The position numbers and the translations under genes are program-made. A stretch of 64,000 bases of DNA, from NCBI GenBank assembly GCA_963514005.1, contig OY740781.1, forward strand, positions 177,692,001-177,756,000, in the 5' to 3' direction. Positions 23,351 through 37,202 of the stretch are shown piece after piece. Positions within the stretch are counted from its first letter, which is position 1; each line of letters opens with the position of its first letter. Source of the DNA: Raja brachyura. Its lineage: Eukaryota. The notes beneath the pieces were generated by a model. It saw only the letters and a list, made by a program, of their open reading frames with translations. It was not told where the DNA came from and did no database searches.

Positions 23351-26300
23351 TTTTTTTTTTTTTTTTTTTGTAATATTTTTTTATTTGAAGTAAACCGTTT
23401 ACAATGTAAAGCTTACTTTATAAACTAACACCTTAATTCAATATTACTACAAATAACATATCAATACTTAATATCTTCTATTTTTTGGAAATAAAGAAAA
23501 AGATATATAAAAGAGAAAAGAAAAAAGAGTAAATAAAAAGGAATAAAAAATTCTTCCCACATACTTCAATCGTAAATAAAAAGAAAATAAAAAGGGAAAA
23601 TTTGAAAAACAAAAATATTACATATATATAAACAAAAACTAAAGTCATTATACGAAATACTATTTCATTCAGAAATATCTCTAATAAATGCACAATAATA
23701 TCAATTATAAGTAAGTTATTCGCATCGGATCCGTAGGGTGTCCGTCGAGCCGTGATTCCAAGAATAGCTACTTTTCTAAATACTGTATATATGGAGACCA
23801 TATCGATTCAAAAGAATTATACCTGTCCAAAAGGACAAATCTAATTCTTTCCAAATTCAACGTCTCCAACATCTCTACTTTCCACATTTTAATTGTTGGA
23901 GATAATGTTCCCTTCCAAAATTTAAGTATCATTTTTTTCCCTATTATTAAACAGTAATCAAAAAAATTTCTTTGATTAACCGTGAGTACCAAATTTGGCT
24001 CCGGGATTCCGAATATTATTAATTTTGGGTCTGGGTCGAGTTCAACCTTAAGAACTTCCGAAATAACTTTAAAAATTTCAATCCAATAATAATTCAACCG
24101 TGGACACGTTACCAAACTATGTATTAAATTTGCTTCAAGATTCTTACATTTATCACAAATAGAGGAGAGACTAGGAAAAATACTTTTTAATTTGGTTTTC
24201 GAGTAGTGTAATCTATATATAACTTTAAATTGTATCAGTGTATGTCTGGCATTCAAAGAACACCAATGTATTCTTTGTAAGCATTCTTCCCAAGTTTCTT
24301 TTGTTATAGGTAATCCGATTTCATTTTCCCATGCTTGACGATATGTTTCAGTTGTTGGGTTCTCTTTATCTAAAATAATATTGTATATATAAGCTATAAG
24401 CTTATCCGTATTTGGATGTAAATTAAACAGCTCATCTAATAAGCCTGGTTCTTTTTTTTTATAGTCTTGTGTGTTACATTTAATAAAATCTCTAATTTGT
24501 AAATACCTAAAATGGTGTTGTGAAGGTAATCCAAAAATATCTTGTAACTCTTCAAATAATAAAAATTTTCCATTTCTATAAAGGTGTCCTATCCTTTTAA
24601 TTCCTAAATCCTCCCACAGTCTAAACCCCGCATCTAAGATTGAGGGTTTAAACAGTGGGTTATTCCTAATTGGTAACCTAAAAGAAAGATTATCCAGATA
24701 TAGGGTCTTAACTATCTGTTTCCAAATACGCCTATTATTATGAATTATAGGGTTGTCCCTATAAGTCTTTTTTTGTACTTCCTTTGGTGCGAAAATAATC
24801 GACTCTATATTGAAAGGTAAACAGTCTTCCTTTTCCATTTTTAACCACATTGGTTCAACATCCATATTTACCCACCAAAAATTCATATTCTTAATCTGGA
24901 CTGCCCAAAAGTAATATAGAAAATTTGGAAGTGCCAGCCCTCCATTTATCTTAGACTTACATAAGTGTTTTTTACTTATTCTATGACTTTTGTAATCCCA
25001 GACAAAATTATTAACTATAGTATCAATTTTTAAAAAAAAACTTTTTGGGAGAAAAAAAGGAATTGCCTGAAATAAATATAACAATTGTGGTAAAAAAATC
25101 ATCTTTATAGCATTAATCCTACCGATCATAGATATAGGGAGTGTTTTCCAATACGAAATGTTTTTTTTAAGTTTCTCTAATAATTGATAATAATTAGCTT
25201 TAATTAATAATTTATAGGATTTAGACACATTGATTCCTAAATATTTAAATTTATCTGTAACTATTTTTAGTGGGTATTTTTGTAATATATTTACATTTAT
25301 ACCAGTTATAGGCATAATATCACTTTTATTCCAATTAATCCTATATCCTGAAAATACGCTAAATTCATTTATAACATTAAATAACTTGGGAATACTACAT
25401 TCCGGCTTAGTAATATAAATCAGAATATCATCTGCATATAAAGATATCTTATTATTTGTTGTGTCAGTATTATACCCATATATTTCGGGTTCTGATCTGA
25501 TTCTTTCGGCCAGAGGTTCTATCACCAAAGCAAATAATAAAGGGGATAACGGACATCCCTGTCTGCATCCCCTAAAAAGTCTAAATTTAGGTGATAGTAT
25601 TTGATTCGTTAAAATTCTTGCTGTAGGGTTAGAATATAATATTCTTACCCATTTACAAAATCCATCCCCCAGTTGATACTTTTCCATTATATTAAATAAA
25701 TATGACCATTCCACCTGGTCGAATGCTTTTTCAGCATCCAACGATATAACTGCTAATTCAATATCTCTCCTTCTTCTCGAGTATATAATGTTAAACAAGC
25801 GTCTAAGATTATGTGATGAATAACGTTTTGGAATAAAACCTGTTTGATCATAATGTATTATTTTGGAAATCACTAAGCTTAGCCTCCGAGACAGTACTTT
25901 AGTTAATATTTTTTGATCAGTATTTAAAAGGGCAATCGCTCGATATGATCCAGGATCTTCCAGATCCTTATCTAATTTAGGAATTAATGTAATTGTAGAT
26001 TCATTTAAAGACTCTGGTAACTTTCCTAACTCATAGGTGTGTCTATACACTGTTTGTAATCTTGATGAAAGTAGATCATGAAATTTTTAATAAAATTCTG
26101 CACTCAGGCCATCGGGGCCCGCTGTTTTACCATTTTTTAACGATCCAATTGATTCTTCGATATCTATTACCGATATTTCAGCATTTAATAATTGCCTACT
26201 CTCAAAATCTAGCTTATTAAAATGACATTTTTCTAAAAATGTTTCCATTTCATCTGTTTGCCCTGTTAATTTAGATGAATAAAGATTTTGATAATATTGT

Positions 26301-28143
26301 AAAAATGTGTCATTAATGTCTTTTGGTATAGTCAACGTATTTCCCTGTACCGATCTAATACTATGTATAGTTTTTTCATCGTCTAATCTTCTGAGTTGTC
26401 GTGCTAATAATTTTTGAGGTTTATCACCAAATTCAAAATGAACTTGTTTAGTTTGTTGATATAGTTTTATCACTTGATCAGAGTAAATTTTATTTAATCT
26501 ATATTTTAATATAGCAATTTTATTACTCAACTCTTTAGAAGGATGTATTATATTTTCACTATCTAATTGTTTTATCTCTTTTTCTAACTTTTGCTCCATT
26601 TTTCGATTTACTTTGTTAAAATGAGCTTGTGCTGATATTATTGCACCGCGCATAAATGCTTTAAATGTATCCCATAATAATAATGGGGAAGTCTCAGATT
26701 TATCGTTAGTTTCAAAAAATAATTTAATCTGTTTCTCCACATAGTTACAGCAATCTTTATCCTTTAATATCTGTGTGTTGAATCTCCAAATATTAGTTTT
26801 ATTAACTATATCTTTTAATTTTATCTTAAATGTTAATGGAGCATGATCTGAGATAATAATATTATGATACTTTGCATCATACGTAAAGGGGAGTAATTTT
26901 GAGTCGACTAAGAAATAATCTATCCTCGAGTAGGTTCCGAATACCGGCGAGAAAAATGAATATTCCCGTCCGGTTGGATTATCCAATCTCCAAATATCTT
27001 TAACATTCGATGTCTTAATAAAAGAATTTATAAGCTTACTTGATTTAGAAAGAGCCTTACTTTTTGTAGAAGATCTGTCCAAATAATTATCTAAAGTACA
27101 GTTTAAATCACCTCCAATTATTAAATTATATTGGGTGGATATAGGAATACTATTAAATATTTTCTTAAAAAATAGTGGATTATCAAAATTAGGTGCGTAT
27201 ATATTCATAAGAATTACTTTTTTTAAATGTAATTCCCCTGTAATTATTAAATATCTACCCTCCTTATCCTCTATTATCGAATTAAGTTTAAAAGGTATAC
27301 CTTTACGAATAATTATTGCAACCCCTCTAGATTTGTGTATAAACGAAGAATGATATACTTTTGAAATCCATTTAGCTGTTAATCTATATTGAGCATCTTT
27401 TTTAAGATGTGTTTCTTGAAGAAACGTAACTCCAGATTTCAATCTATTCAGCTGAGCTAATACCTTTCCCCTTTTAATTGGTTCATTGATTCCTTTAACA
27501 TTCCAACTACAGAAGGTGATTCCATCACCCCCATTCCTTACATTCATATCTTGCATTTTATTGTTAGGGTGGCTTTTTTTGGAGTAGCCTTCTTGGCTCC
27601 TCCAGCCCGACATTACACCCCAACTTCAATCCGATGCGAATTTCCAATTCCATTAAACCATATCCATTTAATCTGATTATATAAAATAGATAGAAGTCAT
27701 GATTATATAATATATAATATAAAATCAAGTATGTGTTATACAAAAAATAATAACGAGTGTAAATATAAAAAAAGTAAAGGGTGATAAAAGGTGATCAGAA
27801 AAAAAAGAGACTACACTTTTATAGTGTGTAGTGTGCACGGGTGAAAGCCACACTAACATGGCTACTAATCTAGCGACTTCCGTTTTCTAAAAAAAAAAGA
27901 TGTTAAATATTCCAGCTCTTATTTGGAATACTGTATATATTGGGGTGGGGGTGCTAACTTTATATTCTTAATAACTTTTTCTATTATTCATATTAATAGT
28001 TTTTAGTTGTTAATTTCAACTATAATTAGTATCATAATTAGTAATACTATATAAGTGGAGTAAGGGAAATCAAACTAATTAGTGATTAGCAATTAATAAT
28101 TACAAATTAGTATTTATTAATTAATTAGTAAGCAATATAATAC
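23351..28143 (-). mobile_element. 5'-truncated L1-clade LINE (4.8 kb), young
   Basis: Poly(A) tail (T-run about 23351-23369) with AATAAA just upstream. Exact 16-bp TSD tacgggacaaagttct at 23335-23350 and 28144-28159. Contains ORF2 and about 530 bp of AT-rich upstream spacer; no ORF1. Confidence 0.96.
23768..27613 (-). pseudogene. L1 ORF2 (APE endonuclease + reverse transcriptase + CCHC), one in-frame stop
   Basis: EN motifs SWNVKG, LQETH, GGDLN, SRIDYF, SDH; RT motifs LDAEKAFD, RQGCPLSP, YADD; C-terminal CDKC-x8-H-x4-C. The listed ORFs 26087-27613 and 23768-26050 share one frame and are separated only by TAA at 26089-26087. Confidence 0.95.
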
Positions 28144-28312
28144 TACGGGACAAAGTTCTGTCACTAAAAATGGTTCTGTACAACAGGGAACCTGTCATGT
28201 ACTCAGGAGGTCTGGTTGCACATATGTCGAGAGAAACAGAGTTAATATATTAGGTCGATGACTTTTGTCAACATTTCAGTGCTTCAAATGATCTTTCAAC
28301 CTGAAACATTCA

Positions 28313-28984
28313 AGGGCAAGTCCCACTTAGGCTATTTTTTAGGCAGCTACAGGTATGCCTGTATGGTCATGAGCAGTCTCCTTAGTTGCCCAAAGAGTTG
28401 TAGTGTCTTTCTGGTCGCCGCTGGATTTTCAAAACGTTCAAGAATTTTCGGCGACAGTCGGCGAGTGGGTTTGACACCAATGAGCATAGCTTGACTTCTT
28501 GTGACATAGGTGCTGTCGTAGGTTGTCGCCAGGTGACGTAGGTTGTCACCGATGCTGACCGGTGAATTCCATTGGCGCCTACCTACGTCAACCTACGTCA
28601 ACCGGCAACAGGTACCAGCGTTAAGAGAAGTCAAGTAGCGACAGGCATCATCTTCAGCTGTCGCCAACAGGGTCGTGGCTTGTCGCAGGTAGACCTAGGT
28701 TGATTTTGGTTGTCATAGGTTGTTGCATGTGTGGTCATAGGTTGTCGTAGGTGTCGTCTCAGGTTGTGGTAGGTGTGGTCGTAGGTGGACATCCTAGGTC
28801 GCGATCATTGGGTCGCCGGTTGTCGGTAGCTTGCTGTAGCTTGACGTCGACTAGGTGGTAGGTTGTTGTAGCTTGTCGTCGACCTTGCCGTAGAGAGTTC
28901 CAGTCGCCGGCTTTTCGGCGACCTGCTAAGACTAAAACAGTCGCCGGCAGTCGCCTAAAGAATCGCCTAAATGGGCCAGACCCT
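28313..28984. mobile_element. PIF/Harbinger-type MITE inserted into an older Penelope pLTR
   Basis: Ends agggcaagtcccacttaggc / gcctaaatgggccagaccct, flanked by tca/taa. Internal gtaggttgtc repeats. Removing it restores cctgaaacattaactc of the older pLTR family (about 28222-29075). Confidence 0.8.
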
Positions 28985-29334
28985 TAACTCTTCTTCTCTC
29001 TCCATGAATGTTGCATGGTCTGTCTGTATTTCCACCATTCCTGCTTATAATTCAGCTTTCCAGCATCTGCTGATTTTTCATTTTCAGTGCAACTTTACAA
29101 TTCATCCGTGTTATCTCTTAACCCTCCAAAGTAAATATGTTAGGATGTGCATTGTTATTTTTATAAAGGAGTAAGTAGGATAGTGTATGCCCATTAGCCA
29201 CTAACAAAAGTCTTGCTACAGGACAAATGTAATTGAACAGCACACATACATCATTATTCTTATCTTATAATGGATCAAAAATCGATGACGCACCTGAAGA
29301 TGTTTGTTCCTGCGATTGTGTTCTAAAGAACAAA

Positions 29335-29852
29335 GGAAATACATTCTTGCCGTAGAGGGAGTACAGAGAAGGTTCACCAGACTGACTCCTGGGATGGCAG
29401 GACTTCCATATGAAGAAAGACTGGATAGACTCAGCTTGGACTCGCTGGAATTTAGGAGATTGAAGGGAGATCTTATAGAGGCTTACAAAATTCTTAAGGG
29501 GTTGGACAGGCTAGATGCAGGAAGATTGTTCACGATGTTGGGGACTCCAGAACAAGGGGTCACAGTTTAAGGATATGGGGGAAGTCTTTTAGGGCCGAGA
29601 TGAGAAGGTCTTTTTTCACACAGAGAGTGGCAGAATTCTGTGGAATTCTCTGCCACAGAAGGTAGTTGAGGCCAGTTCATTGGCTATATTTAAGAGGGAG
29701 GGAGGTAGATGTGGCCCTTGTTGCTACAGGGATCAGGGGGTATGGAGAGAAGGCAGGTATAGGATCCTGATTTGGATGATCAGCCATGATCATATTGAAT
29801 GGTGGTGCAGGCTCGAAGGGCCTACTCCTGCACCTATTTTCTATGATTCTAT
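29335..29852 (+). mobile_element. CR1 LINE 3' fragment
   Basis: ILAVEGVQRRFTRL..YEERLDRL..RRLKGDLIEAYKILKGLD plus a 3' UTR ending in ctatg repeats. Confidence 0.9.
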
Positions 29853-30288
29853 GAACCTCTGTGATGCTGTCCTTGAGCTGAAATTATTAACTTTCAACCA
29901 CTACAAATGCATCTTCTTAGATACAATGAATAACTGTACTGCTGTTTTCCCTTTGGTGCTCATTACTGTATGTTTCCCAGGGATACTTAATGTCTTACAT
30001 GATAACCAGTTGATTTATAAGTGCTGCTTGAGAGCACTGTCAGTGACACCTTCCATCACTTTGTATGTGCACTGATTGGGCTGTAATTTGCTAATTGACT
30101 TTATCTTGCATTTTGTGAATCGGATAACTTGGAATTTGTGCCCAAACATGATTTTAAACACTTTATCCAGGACCATTATGTCTTCACACTGGGTCAGACC
30201 AATGCTGAGAATGTGATTGTGGATATTCTCAGTGCTTCCCACTCCTCCCATTAGCTGTTTAATTGTTCACCACCATTCACAACTAGAT

Positions 30289-30452
30289 GGGAGGTGCAGA
30301 GGCAGAGTTGATGCCTCACAGCGCCAGAGACCCGGGTTCGAACTTGACTACGGGTGCTGTCTGCACAGAGTTTGTACGTTCTCCCTGTAACCACGTGGGT
30401 TTTCCCCAGGGGCTCTGGTTTCCTCCCACACTCCAAAGATATACAGGTTTGT
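30289..30452 (+). mobile_element. HE1 (V-SINE) 5' half
   Basis: tRNA-like head (gcctcacagcgccagagacccgggttcgaac) and V-domain (gtgggttttcc...ggtttcctcccacactccaaaga). Confidence 0.85.
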
Positions 30453-31361
30453 TGGTGAAATGTAACATCTCCAAGTTTGCAGATGAGTGGCAGTGTGAGC
30501 TGCGAGGAGGATGTTATGAGGCTGCAGGGTGATTTGGATAGGTTGGGTGAGTGGATAGTTTCAGTATAATGTGGATAAATGTGAGGTTATCCACTTTGTT
30601 GGCAAGAACAAGATGGCAGATTATTATATGAATGGTGTCAGATCAGGAAAAGGGGAGGTGCTAGGAGACTTGTACATCAGTCACTGAAAGTAAGCATGCA
30701 GGTACAGCACGCAGTGAAGAATGCAAATGGCTTGTTGGCCTTCACAGCAATAGGATTTGATTATAGGAGCAAGGAGGTCCTACTGCAGTTGTATAAGGCC
30801 CTGGTGAGACCACACCTAGAGTGTTAGTTTTGGTCTCCTAATGTGTGCAGTTTTGGTCTCCTAATTTGAGGGTAGCGCAAGTTCACCAGGTTAATTCCTG
30901 GGATGGTGGAACTGACATATGTTGTAAGAATGGGTCGACTGGACTTACAGTATATTCACTGGAATTTAGAAGAATGAGAGGGGATCTTATAGAAACATAT
31001 AAAATTCTTAAGGGATTGGACAGGCTAGATGCAGGAAACATGTTCCCGATGTTGGGAGAATCCAGAACCAGGGGTCACAGTTTAAGAATAAGGGGTAGGC
31101 CATTTAGGACTGAAATGAGGACAAACTTTTTCACCCAGAAAGTGTGAATTTGTGGAATTCTCTGCCACAAAAGGCAGTGGAGGCCAATTCATTGGATTCA
31201 AGAGAGAGTTAGATATAGCTCTTAGGGCTAAGTGAATCAAGGGATATGGGGAAAAAGCAGGAACAAGTTACTGATTCTATATGATCAGCCATGATCATAT
31301 TGAATGGCGGTGCTGGCTCGAAGGGCCAAATAGCCTACTCCTGCACCTACTTTCTATGTTT
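30453..31361 (+). mobile_element. CR1 LINE RT C-terminus and 3' end; an opposite-strand CR1 fragment follows at about 31365-31572
   Basis: CNISKFAD, KCEVIHF, LYKALVRPHLE, VQFWSP, RRMRGDLIETYKILKGLD, CR1 3' UTR. Confidence 0.9.
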
Positions 31362-33197
31362 GAATGTCCCAACTTTACTTGTCCCACCTGCCTATGTATG
31401 GTCCATGTCCCTCCAAACCTGTCCTATCCATGTACCTGTCTAACTGTTTCTTAAATGTTGGGATAGTCCCTACCTCAACTACCTCCATACACCCACCACC
31501 CTTTGTGTGAAAATGTTATCCCACAGATTCCTATTAAATCTTTTCCCCTTCACCTTAAACCAATGTCCTCTTGGCCCTGTGTTCTCCTCCCACACACTCT
31601 CATCCGTCCACCTAATGTTATTCTTCCTTTCTTCACCTTAAGGGTTCCCAGTTTTTTGAGCGGTCAGATGCGTTCTGAATCCATCCCTTCTAGCCCAATT
31701 ATGGTTCCACACAACACAATGGAGCCCTTTCTCATTATGAAGATGGAACTTAGTCTCCACGAAGTTTGGGCTGGGATCATTCCTACCAATGCAAATATGG
31801 ACAGATGCATCTGGGACCATTAGACTGGCCACGAAGAAATAAAGTATTTCTGGGAATAAAGAGGTGATTCATGACTGTCTCACACACTTCTACAAGAAGA
31901 GTGAGAGGGGAATTTTGAGCTCATTACCAAAGTGATCGTGAGTGAATGTCATTTGAGTCCATTAAAAATCATATCTGGTCTGTACTAAATTTCTGTTAAA
32001 ACTTTTAAATTACCGCCAATTCTAATAAATATTGCCTGACTGGAGATAATTCTTTTTCAAACCCATATAATCTTCAGAGGTATACTACTCTAACAATGGC
32101 CAAGGAATTTGAGACCCATATTGGAAGGAAGTTAACATCCCAAATAGAAGGAGATAGGAATCTTAATGCACAGGCAGGGAATGAATTCACTTTACTACTC
32201 ATATCTTGACAGCAATCATTTACTAACAGGGCTGCATTCATTGGTGACTGATGGCTTTAAACTAGCAATGTAGAGACTATGATGGTGTTCATTGTTTTGC
32301 AGATCTCATAGTTAAAGGATGGACTTCTTGATTACAGTGCTACAGATTTGATGGTAATATTGTGTTAACTGATTATGTCAATGTAAACCTTTCACTCAGC
32401 ACAATTTCTGTGGCGGTGCCTCTGCTTAATAATTTTTCATCTTTCTCTGATTAAGTTCATAATTGTATGTAAGTTTATATGCTGTCAGCACACGATAGAT
32501 GGAGTCTGACTGGAAAGCATATTTTTTAACAATTATGAATGATGCCTCATTGCCTCATGGCATAGAAGTTCACCAATATGAAATAATATATTCTGTCATT
32601 TATTTTGCAGCAATTGTAGTTGCCAAGCAATTCAAATAATGGTTGGTGCATCTGGCTTACCTGCAAAAGTACATTGTGCTCTGATTACCAACTTTATTCG
32701 GTGAGTTGCTATTATAAGGCTCAGTTACAACTCTCAATCTGTGCCACATCAGCTGATGCCACAGGGACAAAGGTAATCTTACTTCAGTGAGGTGGGGGAT
32801 GGTGAGAGAGAATTGACTAATAATTATCCAGTGACCTTTTCTGCTTGTCATTCACTCCTACTCTTTACTGTGTTGGTTGATTTTGAACAAGAAAACTGGA
32901 TTCAGAGTGGGTTTAAAGTGGTTTACAGATGGATTATTTTAAAATTTTATTTTTGACTATTGAGGCACACATAGGTATTATAGAAGGGTGATTTTATTTT
33001 AAATGTCATGTTTTTGAACACTTTAGTCCAAATATTCATTTGAAGGTTAAATCAACCTGGGATTTTATCCCTTAAGTAACCTCATAAGTAACCACAATAA
33101 TTGGGACGTATCACATGAGAACATTTTAACTTGGATGATGATTTATATGTTTTAATAACACGTGGAATCATGAGAAAGCAAGGAGTGAAAGATGTAA

Positions 33198-33589
33198 AGG
33201 GCCTGTCCCATTGCCCCGAGTTATTCACAAATTCTCCTGAAAAATTTTCACAAATTCTCCCGAGTTTTCAAACTCGCAGAATGTTTGTAACGAGTCCGTG
33301 GGAGGCTGTAGGAGTTCGTGGATATATCATAGCGGCTCGTTATGACAGCCGTAGGTACTCGAGTCTATTTTCTTACTCGTGGACATTTTTCATCATGCTG
33401 AAAAAACGTCCCGACTTACATGATGCCCCGAGTACCTACGGCTGGAATAACGAGCCGCTACGATATATCCACGGACTCCTACGGCCTCCTACGGACTCGT
33501 TACAAACTTTCTGCGAGTTTGAAAACTCGGGAGAATTCATGAATAACTCAGAAGAATTTATGAATAACTCGGGAAAGTGGGACAGGCCT
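33198..33589. mobile_element. PIF/Harbinger-type MITE
   Basis: TAA|agggcctgtccca...tgggacaggcct|TAA, long subterminal inverted repeats and a central palindrome. The ORF 33131-33592 is an artefact of this element. Confidence 0.88.
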
Positions 33590-35509
33590 TAAGCAGTTCA
33601 CAGTGACTTGAGAAAGTTGGCAAAACCTATCAAGGTGGGTAAAAGGTGCATGGCAGCCAAAACTAAATATTTATATGGTAAAATCCAGTAAAGCTTTTTG
33701 TAGGGAGAAATCATAGTCACAACTTTTCTGTCACAATCAGTCAATTGCAAGTGTATCAAAGGTTCGAAGTTATATAACTTATGATGCCCTGCACTGTGTC
33801 CACGAGAAATGATTACTTAGAAAAATAACATAATTCATCTGTTATTTTGTATGCCTCTTCGATAATTTGTAGACTCCCCTATTTCAGCCTTAATAGTAAG
33901 GCTTTTTAAAGTTTGAACAACCACAAGAAAACTATTGTTTTTTAATAAGCTGAACATTATCATAAAGACAATAACAGTACTATTTAAAGATACATTTGTT
34001 TCAGAAGTGATTCAGTGTTTTGCAAGCAGATACAGTTTGCTAGCAAACACCCTAGTGTAGGATCCATTTGCAAAAGGAAAAAATGAGATAAATTTGCGAG
34101 TACTTAATAACCATTATTTAGCATATTTAGCTGATACACTTCACCACCCCAGATGCAATGATCTGGTTTCAATATTAAAATAGTAAATTATAGTTGTTGC
34201 TCAATGCTGCAGCTACAAGAAACAGTATGTGTCAAACATCTTCTTTAAGATCTATACCAATGTTAATATAATTCCCACACTAAGTTTTACAAACAGATTT
34301 ATTTCATGATCAGTCATGATTTAATTGAAAGGCAGAGCAGGCTTGAAATACTTCAAGGCCCATAACTGGTTTCATCTCTTGGATTCTTATTCAACGTCAC
34401 ATTTCATTAAATTTGAGATTATTTCTAGTTTATCAAAGACACGGTTTGTCTAAAAATAATCAAAGCAATTAATTTGTTTTTGGAGTAGCCGATGGTTCTT
34501 TTCTAAACGCAACAGATACAATCACCGGGGAAAATATATTTTAACAAAGTGTTTTAGCTATAGATTTTAAAATTATGGTTCTGATGGACCATTGTTGGGT
34601 CTTTAAAGGAACTGGCTAATGAGTCGATTGTTACATTGGTATTATTAATTTTCTAAAATTCCTTTGTTCCATTTTTCAATTCAATTATACCATCCCTGAA
34701 TCTATGTACCTTCATGTGCACCCACATCCCCCGACAACACTGTGATCTTATTATTGAAGGCTAATGTGAGAAGATCCTTCATGAGGTGAACACTAGGAAA
34801 CCTGGCCGCGTCGTTAAAACCAATGCAAACCAAGTGGCTGGCGTTTTCTCGCGCATCTTCACCCTCTGAGTGCCCCACCTGGTTTCAGACATCATCCATT
34901 ATTCTGGTGCCCAAGAACAGCAAGGTGACATGCTTTTTCAATTACCAACCAACGACACTCATGTCTGTTGTGGTGAAGTGCTTCGAGATATTGGTTATAA
35001 CATACATCTGTTCTTGCCTCTGTAATGACCTTGACCACTTCAAGTTGCCTACCGCCACGACAGATCGGCAGCAAATTCGATCTCACTGGCTCTCTGTACT
35101 GGACCACTTAGACACCAGGAAACATCTACGTCAGGCAAGGACTACAACTTGGTGTTTGATAGCATCATCCCTTTCAAACTCTTCAAAATGTTATCAGAAT
35201 GCTGCCTGAATTAGAGGGTTTCAGCTACAGGGAGAGGTTGGATAGATTTGGATTGTTTTCTCTGGAATGTCGGAGGTTGAGGGAAGACGATAGGTGTATA
35301 TAAAATTATGAGTGGCATAAATATGGTAGACAGTCAGAACCTTTACCCTAGGACGGATATATCCAACACTAGAGGGCATAGCTATAAGGTGAAAGGGGGA
35401 AAGTTTAATGGAGATGTGCGGGGCAAGTTTTTTTACAGAGAGTGGTGGGGGCCTGGAACGCACTGCCAGGGTAGTGGTGGAGGCAGATAACTTTATGGCT
35501 TTGCAATTG

Positions 35510-36265
35510 CCGTCCCCCCAATGCATTATTGCACCACTCACGCATAGTCCCCAACTGCACAGGCACATTTCATTTCCCCTCATCCCCCAGTACACCCTCC
35601 CCCTCCTTTTCACCCTCCCTCCTTTCCACTCTCCTCCTCCCCTCCCCAATGTCTCCTTCACCTCTCCCTCCCTCTCCTTTCCCTTACTCTCAGTCACTCC
35701 CTCCCTCCCTCCATAATTCCTCTCCCTTCCCTCTACCCCCCCACACCTCACTTCCCCCTATCCAACCACTATCCCTCTTGACCTCCCCCACTCCCCTCCT
35801 ATCCCTCTATTCCCCCTCTTTCCCCACTCTCCTCACCTCCTCCTCTCCCTCCCTACCTCTTCCTCTCCCCCAATTCCCCCCATTCTCCCTCCTCACCTCC
35901 CCAGGATCTTTCCCCTCTCCTCCTCCCCTCCCCCAATCCTTCCCTCACCTCTCCCTCCCTCTCCTTTCCCCTACTCTCAGTCAGTCACTCCCTCCCTCCC
36001 TCCCTCCATCCATAAAAAGCAGCATATGCAGTTCCTTCCTCCACAGGTCATTCATTGTCATTAGCTGTGGACCAGTTTGCATCGTGTGTGTCGATAACTT
36101 TTACAATATACCACCGATCGGAACGGAACTTGTTGCACTCGCAGCACAGGTGAACGGTCAGTATCCTGGCGAAATATCGTAGTGCTACAGCGTACCGTTT
36201 TTGCGCAAATAGAAAAACCCCGCACACCGGACGAGCACAAGATCAGATTTTTAGTTATGTATACA
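35510..36265 (-). mobile_element. Non-autonomous Helitron, 3'-truncated copy
   Basis: Reverse-complement match to both the 5' terminal ~175 bp and the purine-rich 3' body of the element at 51677-53158, but without its central ~640-bp cargo. Confidence 0.8.
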
Positions 36266-36599
36266 TCCATATCACAGCAGTTAGAAAAAATCAAGTAAAC
36301 ATAATTTTGTGAAAGGGAAATCATGTTTGAGGTATTTACTGGAGTTCCTTGAAAAAGTGACATGAGCTGTGGATAAAAGAGAACAAGTAGCTGGAATAAT
36401 CTCAGATATCCGGAAGGCATTTCATAGGGTGATGTGTCAGAAGTTATTTTTAAACATAAATACTCATGGTGTAGCAGGTAACACACTGGCCAAGACAGAA
36501 GATTGGCCGACTAACAGAAAACAGAATGAGAATAAATGGATCTTTTTGGCAAGATGTAACAAGTGATGTGCCATGGCGATTGATGTTGGGGCCTTGACA

Positions 36600-37202
36600 T
36601 TGGGGTGGGGTGGGTTGAGTTCGTGTGGGGGGAAGGAGGAGGAACGAGGGAGGGGTAAAGGGGGGATGTAGGGGGGACGGGGTGTGTGGGGAGGGATGTG
36701 TGGGGAGGAGAGGGAAGGGGGAGGGAGCAGGGGGGAAGGGGTGTGTGTGGGGGGGGAAGGACTCCACTCAGCGGCCACCGACCGCGGCAACACACATCAC
36801 CCCCCGGCTCCACTCAATGGTTTCCCTGACTCCACTCAGCGGCTTCCCCGATTCCACTCTTGCCGACTCAATCAACACGGATTGTGGACTCAATCAGCAC
36901 GGCTTGTGGACTCAGTCCCGCCTCCGGGGATTTATTCTCCTCGCCCCGGTAATTGACAGCAGGTGCCAGAAGGGTGATTGACAGGCGAGAAGACCAATCT
37001 GCTGATCTCACAATTGTTTAAACCTTCATAACTTTTGTAATATTCCACCGATCGGAACAAAACTTGGTGCGCATGGAGCAGAGGAGAACAGTGAGTAAGG
37101 TGTCGAAAAAAATCCTAGCGATGTACGGTACCGTTATTGCACAAATTTAAAAGAAATCCAAACCAGAAGAGGACAAGATGAGAGTTTTAGTAATATTATA
37201 GA
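36600..37202 (-). mobile_element. Non-autonomous Helitron, related subfamily, 5' part with internal ~21-bp minisatellite
   Basis: 5' end A|TCTATAATATTACTAAAACTC...; shares ccaccgatcggaac and gaagaccaatctg with the other copies; gactccactcagcggc-type repeats at about 36759-36915. Confidence 0.72.

Noticed and set aside
23478-23801. Hydrophobic 107-aa ORF resembling a membrane protein
   Set aside because: T-rich 3' UTR of the L1 element; compositional artefact.
28500-28900. Regularly repeated gtaggttgtc units (also the 21-bp units at 36759-36915) resembling a CRISPR-like array
   Set aside because: Short degenerate tandem repeats with no unique spacers, inside eukaryotic transposons; no cas genes.
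32657-32851. 64-aa minus-strand ORF ending ...MYFCR at a strong CAG|gtaagc donor, superficially like the gamma exon end (PFCRRR)
   Set aside because: The donor at 32661 is phase 2 for this ORF and cannot join the phase-0 acceptor in frame; the compatible frame has a TAA nine codons upstream. Part of it resembles an old SINE remnant. At most a non-coding exon.
35529-36182. Long Pro/Ser-rich ORFs (also 52547-53149 and 36450-36981)
   Set aside because: Produced by C/T low-complexity tracts inside the Helitron bodies; open in several frames on both strands.
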